Shown here: piece after piece, positions 45,581 to 55,246 of the stretch
How positions within the stretch are numbered: the first letter of the stretch is position 1
Layout: each line of letters begins with the position of its first letter
Origin: Syntrophaceae bacterium UBA2192
Lineage (GTDB): Bacteria > Desulfobacterota > Syntrophia > Syntrophales > UBA2192
DNA length: 64,000 nucleotides
Reading direction: 5' to 3'
Assembly (NCBI GenBank): GCA_002327315.1
Contig: DCVI01000150.1
Coordinates: 2,114-66,113, forward strand
Notes under the pieces: model-generated
Database searches by the model: none
What the model saw: the letters and a program-made list of their open reading frames with translations, nothing else
Told to the model about the DNA's origin: nothing
Made by a program: the position numbers and the translations under genes

Positions 45581-45669
45581 GTAAGGATAAAGGATAAAGG
45601 TGAAAGGACAAAGTAAAAAGGCGGGACAAGAATTTTTCGCCTTTAACCTTTTTCCTTTAGCCTTTGACC
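45581..45669. repeat. long imperfect hairpin (AAAGGNNA arms)
   Basis: GTAAGGATAAAGGATAAAGGTGAAAGGACAAAGTAAAAAGGCG ... CGCCTTTAACCTTTTTCCTTTAGCCTTTGAC. Confidence 0.6.
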
Positions 45670-45682
45670 TGGCGCTTCGCGC

Positions 45683-46639
45683 CTAGACGTGGTTGCGGAG
45701 CATCAGCTCCGAGGGGTGCGGGTTCAAATAGGTCTGCTCTTTCAGGTAGGGTTGGTTGTACTTCCGGACATAGTGGCCAAGCAGGGTGACGGGGACGATC
45801 AGAGGGATGAGCCCTCTCTTGTATTCAGTGATGATCTCCAGGAGCTCCCGCTTCTCGTCTGCACTGAGATCTTTCTTGAAGTAGCCCATGATGTGCATCA
45901 GGACATTCTCGTGCTTGGCCGCCGTGGGCTTGAGCGCCATGGCCTCCATGAGATGCCCCTCGTAGCGCTCGACAAGTTCACGGACCGGAATCTCCTTCGC
46001 ATGGGCCACGAGGCTTCCCATTTCCTTGAGGTGCCTGGGGCTGTGTGCCATGAGGAGAAGTTTGTTCTTCGCGTGGAAGTTCATCAGGCGCCTCGCCTGC
46101 TTCGTGCCCTCCATGATGTCGCAGTAACGCTTGCAGGTGAAGATGCGCTCGATGAAGTTCTCCCGAAGGACGGGGTCGTGGAGACGCCCTTCCTCTTCCA
46201 CGGGAGTGAGCGGAAAGTGCTCCATGAAGATACGGGCGAACACCCCCACGCCGACCTTCGACGGGATGCCCTTGTCGCCGTACACCTTGACGCGCTCCAT
46301 GCCGCTCGAAGGCGAATCGCTCTTGAAGACGTAGCCGCAGAGGTCTTCCTTCTCCAGCTCCTCAACGCGCTTGCGTGCCCAGGCCTCCATCCTCTCTGTG
46401 TGATCGGCACCGGTCTTGTGGATCACGAGTCGCGGCCGCTTCGGGTCGCCGATGAGACGGAAGGTGTCACGAGGGATGCCGAAACCGCACTCCACCTCGG
46501 GGCAGACGGGGACATACTCAACGTACTTGCCCAGGGTGTAGGCGAGGAACCGGTCCAAGGCGTGCCCGCCGTTCCAGCGGACATTCTGGCCGAGCAGTCA
46601 GCTGCTGATTCCGAGACGGATCTTGTCCATGTTGGTCAT
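45683..46639 (-). CDS. DUF523(TudS-like)-DUF1722(YbgA-like) fusion protein, selenoprotein candidate; Sec codon at 46598-46600
   Basis: Reading through the UGA gives MTNMDKIRLGISS-U-LLGQNVRWNGGHALDRFLAYTLGKYVEYVPVCPEVECGFGIPRD. This matches the DUF523 N-terminus (kIgiSACLLGe.vRydGgh ... vCPEv) with U at the conserved Cys. The track ORF starts only at an internal TTG (46558). Confidence 0.65.
46563..46583 (-). promoter_or_regulatory. candidate SECIS hairpin
   Basis: UGUCCGC-UGGAACG-GCGGGCA (7-bp stem including one G.U pair) begins 14 nt after the UGA. Confidence 0.35.
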
Positions 46640-46779
46640 GGTAGCACACATCGACTCGAAGGAAAACCAAATCATGGGTTGAACACCGATTCCCCCCGGA
46701 TTGTCTTTCTTGCCTCGAAGGTCGGAGGCATGCTAGAAATGGAGCCGAATGAAACGCTGACGGGACACGGAGGAGGCGC

Positions 46780-47154
46780 ATGGCGAAGATCAGGCGCGTT
46801 GCGATCGGGGACAGGGCATGGACGGATGCCAGGGGTTGGGTTCTCAACCCGCTTCCCCTGGCGGGGCTCGAGGGAAGACCCCTTGGGAATCTTCACGTGG
46901 CGTCCATGCAGCCCGGGGCCGTCCGGGGAAACCATGCCCACGCCGGCGCCGCGGAGTGGATTCTTTTCTGCGGGGGCCCGGCGTCGCTGACTACGGGGAC
47001 GGAGGAGATCCTCGTCGGCGGCGGGGAGCCGGAGCTTTTCGAAATCCCGGCAGGCCTTCCCCACGCCATCTTGAACCGCTCCGAGCGGGAGATCTTCCTG
47101 GTCGTTTTCTATGAAGAGAAGGAACTGGAGACGACGCCCGCGAAGGTTCTCTGA
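46780..47154 (+). CDS. cupin-fold protein (WxcM/FdtA-like)
   Basis: VRGNHAHAGAAEWILFCGG and FEIPAGLPHA are cupin motifs. Confidence 0.55.
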   Translation: MAKIRRVAIGDRAWTDARGWVLNPLPLAGLEGRPLGNLHVASMQPGAVRGNHAHAGAAEWILFCGGPASLTTGTEEILVGGGEPELFEIPAGLPHAILNRSEREIFLVVFYEEKELETTPAKVL

Positions 47155-47206
47155 GAGGGCCCGCACCCCGAACTTTTTCTTACGACTGTTTCCGTGGAGG
47201 AATCCC

Positions 47207-47644
47207 ATGCTCAAGAAGATGAAGAAGCTCGTGAAGGACAAGGATGTCTGCGTGCTCGCAACCGTGATGGACAACGTTCCCCACTGCTCGCTCATGTCCT
47301 ACGTGCCCGACAGAGACTGCCGCGAGATCTACATGATGACCCGAAAGGGGACGAAGAAGTTCCGCAACCTCGCCGCCAACAGGACGGTGAGCCTCCTCAT
47401 CGACACCCGCGAGGAGGACTGCGGGGCCGATCGCGCCCGGATCAAGGCCCTCACGGTAAGCGGCGTCTTTAAAACCATCGGCGACAAAGCCAAAAAGAAA
47501 CTCGTCCGGCAGAAGCTGCTGAAAAAACACCCTCAGCTCAAACCGTTTGCGGAAGACCCCGACACAGAGATATTCGCCGTGAAGGTAAAGACCTTCCAAC
47601 TTCTCGACGGGGTGATGGACTCCTACTTTGAAAAGGTAAAGTAA
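47207..47644 (+). CDS. pyridoxamine 5'-phosphate oxidase-family FMN-binding protein
   Basis: GGAGG RBS before ATG 47207. The VCVLATVMDNVPHCSLMSY...RTVSLLID split-barrel pattern is present. Confidence 0.7.
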   Translation: MLKKMKKLVKDKDVCVLATVMDNVPHCSLMSYVPDRDCREIYMMTRKGTKKFRNLAANRTVSLLIDTREEDCGADRARIKALTVSGVFKTIGDKAKKKLVRQKLLKKHPQLKPFAEDPDTEIFAVKVKTFQLLDGVMDSYFEKVK

Positions 47645-47646
47645 AA

Positions 47647-47724
47647 AAGCCGCAAGCCTCAAGCCACAAGGCAAAATAGAATCCCCCTCTTTCCCCCTTT
47701 TGCAAAGGGGGATGAAGGGGGATT
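47647..47724 (+). repeat. family-A repeat
   Basis: AAGCCGCAAGCCTCAAGCCACAAGGCAAAATAG plus the palindrome AATCCCCCTCTTTCCCCCTTTTGCAAAGGGGGATGAAGGGGGATT. Confidence 0.75.
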
Positions 47725-47741
47725 TGTATAATTATAGCTGT

Positions 47742-48470
47742 TCAGGACCGGAGCTTCAGGAGGGCCGCCTCGTATTCCTGCATGAGCTGCGGGGGCCGAG
47801 TAGCGCCCAGCGCTTCCCGGAGCACCCCTTCGGCCCGCGATGGATCGATTGCTGCCAGGGTCTTGACGGCAAGGACTTCCCTCAGGGTCCGAGGTGGGAA
47901 GACCCGGGTGACGGTCTTTTTCTCCGGGTCGAAGAACTGGATGTAACCCTGGCGGATCGTTTTCCCGTATACGTTGATGCTCGCGGCGATCCCGTCGGTG
48001 GGGTTGTCCATGGCGTGGATGCCCTTGTTGAGGGGCCGGACAAAGGTCGTCTCCCCGGGCCCGCACACCCCGTGCCCGGTCTCGCGAAGCTCCGCGCAGC
48101 CCTCACGCTTCCCGTCGTCGGTCCGCTCGTACTTCCTTTCCCCCAGCTTTCCGCAAAGCGTGCCGATGATGCCCCAGGAGCCGTGGTCATGGATGATGTC
48201 GGCAAGCTTCGCATCCCAGATGTAGGCCAGGACAACGAAAGACCTCTCGGGGCTGCGGTAGAGTGTGTACTCGTTGGGCCATATGCCGGGCCTGCGGCTT
48301 TCGAAAGAGGACGGCTCGAGAATCATTTTTTTCAGATACTCGAAAAACCAGTCCTGCCGGGACAGGAGTTCCGACACCAGCTCGCGGCCGTTTTCGATCT
48401 TTCGGGACATGGTCTTCTCGTCGGCGATCATCCTCTGGATCCGCCCGCAGAAGGCCTCGAACCGCTCCAT
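47742..48470 (-). CDS. cysteine-dioxygenase-like cupin protein
   Basis: AAGGAG RBS before ATG 48470. Cupin His motif DIIHDHGSWG, with NKGIHAMDNP downstream. Confidence 0.55.
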   Translation of the reverse strand: MERFEAFCGRIQRMIADEKTMSRKIENGRELVSELLSRQDWFFEYLKKMILEPSSFESRRPGIWPNEYTLYRSPERSFVVLAYIWDAKLADIIHDHGSWGIIGTLCGKLGERKYERTDDGKREGCAELRETGHGVCGPGETTFVRPLNKGIHAMDNPTDGIAASINVYGKTIRQGYIQFFDPEKKTVTRVFPPRTLREVLAVKTLAAIDPSRAEGVLREALGATRPPQLMQEYEAALLKLRS

Positions 48471-48474
48471 GGCG

Positions 48475-49341
48475 CTACTCCTTGTCTTTGCTTTTTTCCC
48501 TGGGCTTTTGCGGTGCCCCATATTTGCGGATGTGGGTCCACGATTTGTACTCGGGCGCATCGGGGTTGGCCGCCAGGGTCTCCTGCTCTTTCCCGTATTT
48601 CTTCCGGATTCCCTTGCTCTTGTAGAGCAGCCTGTCTTTTCCGATGGGGCAGACCTTCGTGCAGATGCCGCAGGGGTAGCAGCGCCGCTTCACCAGCTCC
48701 TCGTGCATCTCCAGGCAGGCCGTCTTGTCGTAGTCCCCGACGACACGGTCCTCTCTCGGCTTGATGGCATTCTTGGGGCAGCACTCGGCGCAGAGCTTGC
48801 AATGGATGCACAGCTCCTTGCCCTGCATCGGGTCGGGCGGGATCTCGGCGGCAGTGAGAACGGAAACAAAACGGACACGGGGCCCGAACTCGGGAGTGAG
48901 GATGCACTGGTTCATCCCGATCGTGCCCAGGCCGGCATACTTTGCCGCCGGGACGTGGCCGAAGGCGGCCAGGTTATTCTCCCGGAGGGCCCGCATGGTG
49001 GTGTAGGTGTCGCGGGTGAAGGGGAACGAGGCGTGCCCCATGCGGTTGAGATAGCGTGTGAGCTCCACGGCCAGGTCGTCGAGCTGGCGGTTCGTCGTCG
49101 TGTAGAGCTCCTGGTGGAGTGCCGACGGTGTCGTCTCCACGACGGGCAGCGGCATGGACATGCCGATGACGATGACGGTGCGCGCCTGCGGGAAGATCGC
49201 CCTGGGCCGGAAATCCGGCGGCACTTCTCCGTACTCGTCCCAGCGCTCCACGGGGGCAAACCCCACGAGATCCGTGTTTCGGTCCCTGCAGAATCGGATG
49301 ACGTCGTCCTTGAGTGCCTGGTCCTTGAGGGGGATAGTCAT
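48475..49341 (-). CDS. QueG/reductive-dehalogenase-related 4Fe-4S protein
   Basis: CIHCKLCAECCP and CYPCGICTKVCP motifs. N-terminal LVGFAPVERW...AAKYAGLGTIGMN. Confidence 0.65.
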   Translation of the reverse strand: MTIPLKDQALKDDVIRFCRDRNTDLVGFAPVERWDEYGEVPPDFRPRAIFPQARTVIVIGMSMPLPVVETTPSALHQELYTTTNRQLDDLAVELTRYLNRMGHASFPFTRDTYTTMRALRENNLAAFGHVPAAKYAGLGTIGMNQCILTPEFGPRVRFVSVLTAAEIPPDPMQGKELCIHCKLCAECCPKNAIKPREDRVVGDYDKTACLEMHEELVKRRCYPCGICTKVCPIGKDRLLYKSKGIRKKYGKEQETLAANPDAPEYKSWTHIRKYGAPQKPREKSKDKE

Positions 49342-49455
49342 TTCAGTTCTCCGTGAATAATGATATTAACGCATTTTCCCCTCAAAGGAAAGTTGATGTC
49401 TCGAAGGTGAAGAATTGCTTAAGTTGATACCTCTTCGGGTCGATAATTTAGACAG

Positions 49456-49479
49456 GACCGGAAATTTGCCGGTCTTTTT
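49456..49479 (+). terminator. orphan rho-independent terminator-like hairpin
   Basis: GACCGG-aaatttg-CCGGTC-TTTTT. There is no plus-strand gene upstream. Confidence 0.4.
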
Positions 49480-49621
49480 ACTGCAAAAAAAGTAATGTAT
49501 GCAATTGATATCGTTCAGCAATTAATTTTTATCTTGATTTTTCTTTTCTGGCCGGGGTAAAAGAGCATCACTTTTGCGTCATTGGCGCATGCTTTCTAAG
49601 GAAAAAGCAAAGGAGGGGACG

Positions 49622-50299
49622 ATGCGTTCCTTTAGAAAACATGGCGATCTTCTTTGCCAGCCGTTCAGCCGCCGCTCCTTTCTCAAGATAGGCATCTTCA
49701 GCGCCGCCATGCTGGCGCTGCCCCATAAGGTCCTTGCATCTCTCGAAGAAACTCCCGCACCGGAGTTGATCACCCCGGACTGGCGGGAAGGCGCCGGCCT
49801 TATTCTCGAACCCTGCGAGGAACGCAGGCTCCATCTGTACAGCACCAATACGGGCGAGACGTTCAACCGGGTTTACTGGGCCGATGGGGATTACGTACCC
49901 GAGGCGCTTGCGGAGGTTAATCACCTCCTGCGCGATTACCGGGCCAACCAGATCAAGGAAATCGACCCCAACCTGCTCGACCTGCTCTACACTCTCAACC
50001 AGAAGCTGGAATGCGACAGCCCCTACCACGTCATCTCGGGCTACCGTTCGCCCAGGACCAATGCGGCCCTTCGCAAGCGCAACCGCAAGGTTGCCCGCAA
50101 CAGCCTGCACATGTCCGGGATGGCCGTCGATCTGCGGGTGCCTGATGTGCATGTCAAGAACATCTGCAATGCGGCTCTGGAAATGCGCGGCGGCGGTGTC
50201 GGCTACTACGCGAGGCGCGGGTTCGTCCACCTCGACGTGGGTGACGTACGCACGTGGCAGGACAGCAAGAAGAGAAAGAAGAAGGTGAAGAAGACCTAA
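49622..50299 (+). CDS. DUF882 / peptidase M15A family murein endopeptidase (YcbK/MepK-like), Tat-exported
   Basis: AGGAGG RBS. Twin-arginine-type signal FSRRSFLKIG. SGYRSP, HMSGMAVD and FVHLDVG metal-ligand motifs. Confidence 0.85.
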   Translation: MRSFRKHGDLLCQPFSRRSFLKIGIFSAAMLALPHKVLASLEETPAPELITPDWREGAGLILEPCEERRLHLYSTNTGETFNRVYWADGDYVPEALAEVNHLLRDYRANQIKEIDPNLLDLLYTLNQKLECDSPYHVISGYRSPRTNAALRKRNRKVARNSLHMSGMAVDLRVPDVHVKNICNAALEMRGGGVGYYARRGFVHLDVGDVRTWQDSKKRKKKVKKT

Positions 50300-50373
50300 C
50301 GCGGCCTGAAGGCCGCAGGCATCGGGCGCCAGGCTTCAGGCGTCAGGAAGAAAGAAAAAACCATATCGGCCTG

Positions 50374-52071
50374 CTAGGGTTTTACTGCCTTGGCAGGCTT
50401 TATTTTGGGCTGGAGGGCCCTGTCGAGCCGCTCGTCGCGGCGGTAGATGTCTTCCAGGAAGTGGGTCGCCCCGTCGCCGTTTCCCCAGGCCGTGAAGTAG
50501 AGGATATGCACGGGTATGGGCTTCGGCAGGTTGGCCACCGTCGTCTCTTTCGTCTTCAGAACCGCCTTGATTTTCTCAATCGGCCACTCCTTGCTGCCCC
50601 TCATGACGAAGGCCGCCATCTCCATGGGCTTCTCGATCCGGATGCAGCCGTGGCTGAACTCGCGCCGTTCCTTGCGGAAGAGCTGGGGGTCGGAGGTGTC
50701 ATGCAGGTAGACACTGTGCTTGTTGGGGAACATGAACTTGATCCGGCCCAGGGGGTTCCGGGGGCCTGGTTCCTGGCGAAGCCTGTAGGGAAAGTTGTTC
50801 TCCGAATGCTGCGACCAATCGATGGTGGCGGGGCTCACCTCCTCGCCGTTTTGCCCTGCCGTGAAGACCCTCATGTTCTCCTTGGCGAAGAATTCCGGGT
50901 TCTGCCGGATCTTTTTGAGGGTTTCCTCCGTGGCGATGCTGTGGGGGACGTTCCAGTAGGGATTCATCTCGATGTAGGTCATCTTCCCGCTGAAGACGGG
51001 CGTTTTCTGGTAGGCCGTTCCAACGATGATCTTCATGGTCAGGACGGGGGACTCGTTTTCGACGACCTCGAGGCCGTAGCCCGCGATGTTGACCATGATG
51101 TAAGGGTTCCCCATGTTCTGGGGCAGCCAGCGCCAGCGCTCCATGTTGAGCTCGATCTGACGGATGCGCTTTTCAACGGGTACGTTGAGGGCCCGAAGTG
51201 TCCGGGTGCCCACGATCCCGTCATCGAATAGACCATGGCTCAGCTGGAACCGCTTCACCGCCTCTTCAACGGCCTCGTCGAAGAGATCGCTTGCGCTGTC
51301 CGCCGATGCCGGCATATCGCCGGTGACCTTCAACCGGCTGCGGAGCACGGGGACCCGGTCGCTTTTCATGCCCTTCTCGAGCCTGCCGTCTCCCGGGATG
51401 ACGGGCCAGCCGCCCCGTTCGGCAAGTCCCCGGTAAACGATCAGCGCTGTCTTGAGCCTGCCGTAGCCCTGCTGAGCCTGCAGGAGGCCCTTCAGGCTTC
51501 CTTCGACATCCCCGCCGTTCAGTGCCGTCGAGAGATGGCGCACCAGGTTGAAGCGCGCGGGATAGATCGTCCACTCGTCGGCATGGAGCGTCTCGGGGTT
51601 GACACGGCCGTTGAGCAGATGGGCCGCGTAGACGAGGTAGGCATCGGACAGGAGAAATTCCATCTCGAGGATCTTTCCCGTATCCGGCCGCTCACTGCGG
51701 GCCAGGTCCTGCCGGATATTGCCGAGGGAGGATTCGATGCGCTCCAGGTGATAGTTCTTAGGCTGCAGGCCCTCGGCATCGGCCCCTTTAACGGCCTTCG
51801 CCAGGGCTTCCGCGACGGGCAGCGGGTAGCCGTCCCGAGTCCAGGCCGGCTCGTACTTGCGCATCTGGTAAAAACGGGCAACCGATGAGGGGTTGCAGTA
51901 GGGCGACTGCGGGCATACGGTTTTCTGGATTGCGCCGGACTTGACGGCCCTCTCCAGGCTTTTTCGGACATCCTCAGGCGGGGCTTGGGCCTGGGCGTTG
52001 CTTGCTAAGCATGCGAGCAGGGCGATGAGCAGCAGGAGCCGGATCAGTTTTCGAGAATGTGGGGGAATCAT
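50374..52071 (-). CDS. L,D-transpeptidase (YcbB-type) with a peptidoglycan-binding domain
   Basis: Signal peptide. PG_binding_1 (VKRFQLSHGLFDDGIVGTRTLRALN). YkuD catalytic FSHGCIRI. Confidence 0.85.
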   Translation of the reverse strand: MIPPHSRKLIRLLLLIALLACLASNAQAQAPPEDVRKSLERAVKSGAIQKTVCPQSPYCNPSSVARFYQMRKYEPAWTRDGYPLPVAEALAKAVKGADAEGLQPKNYHLERIESSLGNIRQDLARSERPDTGKILEMEFLLSDAYLVYAAHLLNGRVNPETLHADEWTIYPARFNLVRHLSTALNGGDVEGSLKGLLQAQQGYGRLKTALIVYRGLAERGGWPVIPGDGRLEKGMKSDRVPVLRSRLKVTGDMPASADSASDLFDEAVEEAVKRFQLSHGLFDDGIVGTRTLRALNVPVEKRIRQIELNMERWRWLPQNMGNPYIMVNIAGYGLEVVENESPVLTMKIIVGTAYQKTPVFSGKMTYIEMNPYWNVPHSIATEETLKKIRQNPEFFAKENMRVFTAGQNGEEVSPATIDWSQHSENNFPYRLRQEPGPRNPLGRIKFMFPNKHSVYLHDTSDPQLFRKERREFSHGCIRIEKPMEMAAFVMRGSKEWPIEKIKAVLKTKETTVANLPKPIPVHILYFTAWGNGDGATHFLEDIYRRDERLDRALQPKIKPAKAVKP

Positions 52072-52100
52072 CGTTGCTACACGCAGTGAGGGATTACCAT

Positions 52101-52127
52101 AAAAAAAACCGCCAGTCGCCACTGGCG
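52101..52127 (-). terminator. rho-independent terminator after the photolyase gene
   Basis: On the minus strand: CGCCAGT-ggcg-ACTGGCG followed by GTTTTTTTT. Confidence 0.7.
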
Positions 52128-52209
52128 ATCGCAGCGGTTAAGGGCCTACGACGCTCGTGCAAGCTTTATACCGGCATCGAAGGGAAAAGTCGACAGGTAT
52201 TTTCAAATC

Positions 52210-53580
52210 TCACCGGCTTTTGCGCTCCAGGGCGGACACCTTTTTCAGGTAGGCATCCATGTCGAACTTGCGCTTGAGCCCCGCATCGTTCATGTAGCGA
52301 ATCTTTCCGAAGACCTTCCGCTCGGACCAGGCCCGGTCGTGCTTGCCGAAGCACCAGGCCACGCCGGCAAACCCGTTGGGGTCCCTTCCGTCGAGTTCGT
52401 AGCGGTTGTTGAGGGTAATGGCCGTCCGGAAGGCCTCCGCCGGGGTCCGGCTCCACTCGAGGATCTTCTTCCCCCAGTACATGCGCATGTAATTGTGCAT
52501 CTTGCCGGTGATCATCATCTCCCGCTGGGCGGCGTTCCAGTAAGGGTCATGGGTCCCGGCGCGCTCCCACTGTTCAGGGCCATAGATAACTTCGCGGCGG
52601 TCCTTTGCGTGCTCGGCGAGGGTCTTTCTCGCCCAGTCCGGCAGGCACTCGTACTCGTCGTAGCGGTCGTTGTAAAAAACGAAGTTCATGCCGAGCTCGC
52701 GCCGCACGATGAGCTCTTCCAGGAAGGACTCCCTTGCCGCGGCGGGGACCGATCTCTCACCGGATATGCGAAGGGCGACGGCGAGCGGTGAGATCTGCCC
52801 AAAGTGCAGGTAGGGGCTCAGATGGGAGGAGTAGTCGAGGCCCGGGTCGTTCCGAAGCTTGTCGTAGTGGCGGATCTTCTTTGCGATGAATCCCTCCAGC
52901 AGGGCGTTGGCCCGGGCCGTACCGCCCCGGAAGGCCATCACGGGCGAAACGCTGCGGTCGATTTTCATTTTCTTGAGCAAAGACGTGAGCTCCCCTTCCG
53001 AGTCCACGTCGAGGCGAAGGGAGAGAGAGTCCTTCCTGACCGTTTTTTCCTTCAGCGGGACGAGGTATCCCTCGAGGATTCGCTGGAGCTTGGGCCTCAG
53101 GGTCCCCGCGGTGTATTCCTCCTTCGGCGAGGCCGTCTCCACGGGGACGACAGTCTCGGACTCCACCTGCACGACGGAGCAGGGGGCGTTTTTTGCGACG
53201 TGGTTTCTCCACTGCCGCTGGATGCGCAGATAGCCCCGGTCGGCGACGACAAGGGCCGCCTCCTCGGCCATCGCCGTTGCGGCCAGCTCGGGCGAGCGGT
53301 GAACGAGCACGAAACGGATGCCCCGGCTGTTCAGCCTCTTTCGGACCTCCTCGAGCCCTTCCACCATGAAGGCGTAGTGGCGCAGGTTGGCCTCGGGGAA
53401 CTGCCCGGTGAGGCCGAAGACGACAACGACGGGAAGGTTGCGCTCGTTTGCCTCTCCCACGGCGTATTCGAGGGCATGGTTGCACTCGACCCTCTGGGAG
53501 GCCTGCATCCAGTAAAGGATGTAGCGGCCGTCCTGGATGCTTCGGCTGTTGAGCGGCTGGATACGCGAGGCATGGATCAT
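52210..53580 (-). CDS. phr: class II CPD deoxyribodipyrimidine photolyase
   Basis: YILYWMQASQRVECNHAL N-terminus and C-terminal GKMHNYMRMYWGKKILEW. Confidence 0.9.
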   Translation of the reverse strand: MIHASRIQPLNSRSIQDGRYILYWMQASQRVECNHALEYAVGEANERNLPVVVVFGLTGQFPEANLRHYAFMVEGLEEVRKRLNSRGIRFVLVHRSPELAATAMAEEAALVVADRGYLRIQRQWRNHVAKNAPCSVVQVESETVVPVETASPKEEYTAGTLRPKLQRILEGYLVPLKEKTVRKDSLSLRLDVDSEGELTSLLKKMKIDRSVSPVMAFRGGTARANALLEGFIAKKIRHYDKLRNDPGLDYSSHLSPYLHFGQISPLAVALRISGERSVPAAARESFLEELIVRRELGMNFVFYNDRYDEYECLPDWARKTLAEHAKDRREVIYGPEQWERAGTHDPYWNAAQREMMITGKMHNYMRMYWGKKILEWSRTPAEAFRTAITLNNRYELDGRDPNGFAGVAWCFGKHDRAWSERKVFGKIRYMNDAGLKRKFDMDAYLKKVSALERKSR

Positions 53581-53598
53581 CAGCGGAACGCCTTACCC

Positions 53599-54171
53599 TT
53601 ATCGGAGGTACGTCGTTTTTTCACGGAAGTCCTTCCGTTTCGTCGCGCCAGTAGAAACGGGCTTTCCGATGCACAGAAGTGCTACGGGTTCCTTTCCCGC
53701 ATCCATACTGAGGATCTGCCGCACCACCCCCGCCTCGTAGAGGCTGAACCAAAGGCTCCCCAGCCCCAGGGCGTGAGCAGCGAGCATCATGTTCTGAACG
53801 GCGGCCGAGCAGCCCTCCAGGTATCCCCGGCCGGCGCCTTCGTCGAGAAACATGTCGGCGCCGCTCTTTTTCGGGTCGCCCGCCACCACGATGATGACAG
53901 GGGCGTCCTTTACGAAGTCGAGGGGGAACTTCTCGAGCCATTTCCAGCCGCTGCGTTCGAAGAGCTTCTTCTTGCACACCTCGCTTTCGGAAAAGATCCT
54001 TTCCTTGATGCCCGTGTTCGTGATGACGATGAATTCCCAGGGCTGCTGATTGGCGGGCGATGGGGCCCAGTTGCCTGCCTCGAGGATTTTTTCGATTTCC
54101 GCATCGCTCACCGCTTCGGGATGGAATTTCCGGCAGCTTCTCCTGCCGCTGATCGCTGTGAAGACATCCAT
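53599..54171 (-). CDS. nitroreductase-family protein
   Basis: AAGGAGG RBS before ATG 54171. ISGRRSCRKF, APSPANQQPWEF and GLGSLW motifs. The track start at 54393 runs through a repeat and is rejected. Confidence 0.85.
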   Translation of the reverse strand: MDVFTAISGRRSCRKFHPEAVSDAEIEKILEAGNWAPSPANQQPWEFIVITNTGIKERIFSESEVCKKKLFERSGWKWLEKFPLDFVKDAPVIIVVAGDPKKSGADMFLDEGAGRGYLEGCSAAVQNMMLAAHALGLGSLWFSLYEAGVVRQILSMDAGKEPVALLCIGKPVSTGATKRKDFREKTTYLR

Positions 54172-54242
54172 ACGTTCCTCCTTTTCTTCAGGTCGTCGGA
54201 ATCCTTTCTTTTTACCTTGTGCCAGCTTTGAGCTTCGGGCAT

Positions 54243-54392
54243 GCGAAGATCGGAAGAGCAGAAGTGAGGAAGAGCGGATCAGAGAAGAAAAGAATCCCCC
54301 ATCCACTCCGATCTTCCGCTCTTCATAACTTCCTCGCTTCGCAAGCCTGTGCAGGGGGCCTTGCATCCAGGCATTTTCAAATAGCCCGGGCA
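54243..54392. repeat. purine/pyrimidine-arm hairpin (GAAGAGCGG family) followed by a partial family-C end
   Basis: GCGAAGATCGGAAGAGCAGAAGTGAGGAAGAGCGG ... CCGATCTTCCGCTCTTCATAACTTCCTCGCTTCGC. This is followed by CCTTGCATCCAGGCATTTTCAAATAGCC; compare 37586-37612. Confidence 0.6.
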
Positions 54393-54409
54393 TGTTATTT
54401 ACTCCGGGT

Positions 54410-55243
54410 TCAGATGAAACCGTGACTTTTCAAAAATTCCGTGACGACCTCCCGAAACCCGTCCGGGTTGTCCAGATGGGCGGGGTGGGTTGCCCTGGGA
54501 ATCTCCACCATCTCGCCTGCCGGGATGGCCCCGGCCATCTGCTGTGCGGCCTGGCGTCCGAGAACGCGGCTTTCGGCGCCGCGGACGACAAGGGCGGGAC
54601 AGCGGATGTCGGAGAGATTCCCCAGCAGGTCGTAGTGGTCAAACCGGGCAAGGATCTCCCGGTCATAAGTCCTGTACCACCGGGCATCCCTCTGGATAAG
54701 GGATTTTTCGGCCAGGCGCCGCAAGTGTTCCGGCCGGGCGTAGGGGGCATTTTTCTCGATCTCTGCGATGAAATCCTCCGGGGCGGCGTACGAGTCGGGG
54801 AGGTTTTTGTAGAGCCCGAGAAGGTATTTCCGGTTCCAGTCCGGCGGGCGGGGCTCGATGTCGACGTGGATGAGGGCGGCCACCCTGTCGGGGTTGAGCG
54901 CGGCATAGAGGCTGGCGTGCAGGGCCCCCATGGAGTGCCCCAGCAGGATCATGCCTTCCAGGCCGAGAGAATCGATCAAGGCGGCCAGATCAAGCATATA
55001 ATCAGCGCATTGGTAAGACGGTGGCACGGCCCAGCCGCTCTTGCCGTGTCCGCGCTGATCCAGGGCGATGACCCGGAAGCCCGATGCCAGACGAGGAGCG
55101 ATCAGGTCCCATGTGCGGGCATTGTCCCCGGTGCCGTGAAGGAAGACCATGGGCCGTCCGTCCACCGGGCCCCGCTCGAGGAATCGGAGCCGGAGGCCGT
55201 TAAGCATGAGGGTTTGCTCCCTCGGGGCCTCATCGACGGGCAT
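54410..55243 (-). CDS. alpha/beta-fold hydrolase
   Basis: VFLHGTGDN oxyanion motif, nucleophile elbow LLGHSMGAL and C-terminal catalytic His (ATHPAHLD). Confidence 0.8.
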   Translation of the reverse strand: MPVDEAPREQTLMLNGLRLRFLERGPVDGRPMVFLHGTGDNARTWDLIAPRLASGFRVIALDQRGHGKSGWAVPPSYQCADYMLDLAALIDSLGLEGMILLGHSMGALHASLYAALNPDRVAALIHVDIEPRPPDWNRKYLLGLYKNLPDSYAAPEDFIAEIEKNAPYARPEHLRRLAEKSLIQRDARWYRTYDREILARFDHYDLLGNLSDIRCPALVVRGAESRVLGRQAAQQMAGAIPAGEMVEIPRATHPAHLDNPDGFREVVTEFLKSHGFI

Positions 55244-55246
55244 CGC

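Noticed and set aside
25501-47724. Dispersed palindromic repeats considered as a possible CRISPR array
   Set aside because: The copies are kilobases apart in separate intergenic regions and in both orientations. There are no regularly spaced unique spacers and no cas genes.
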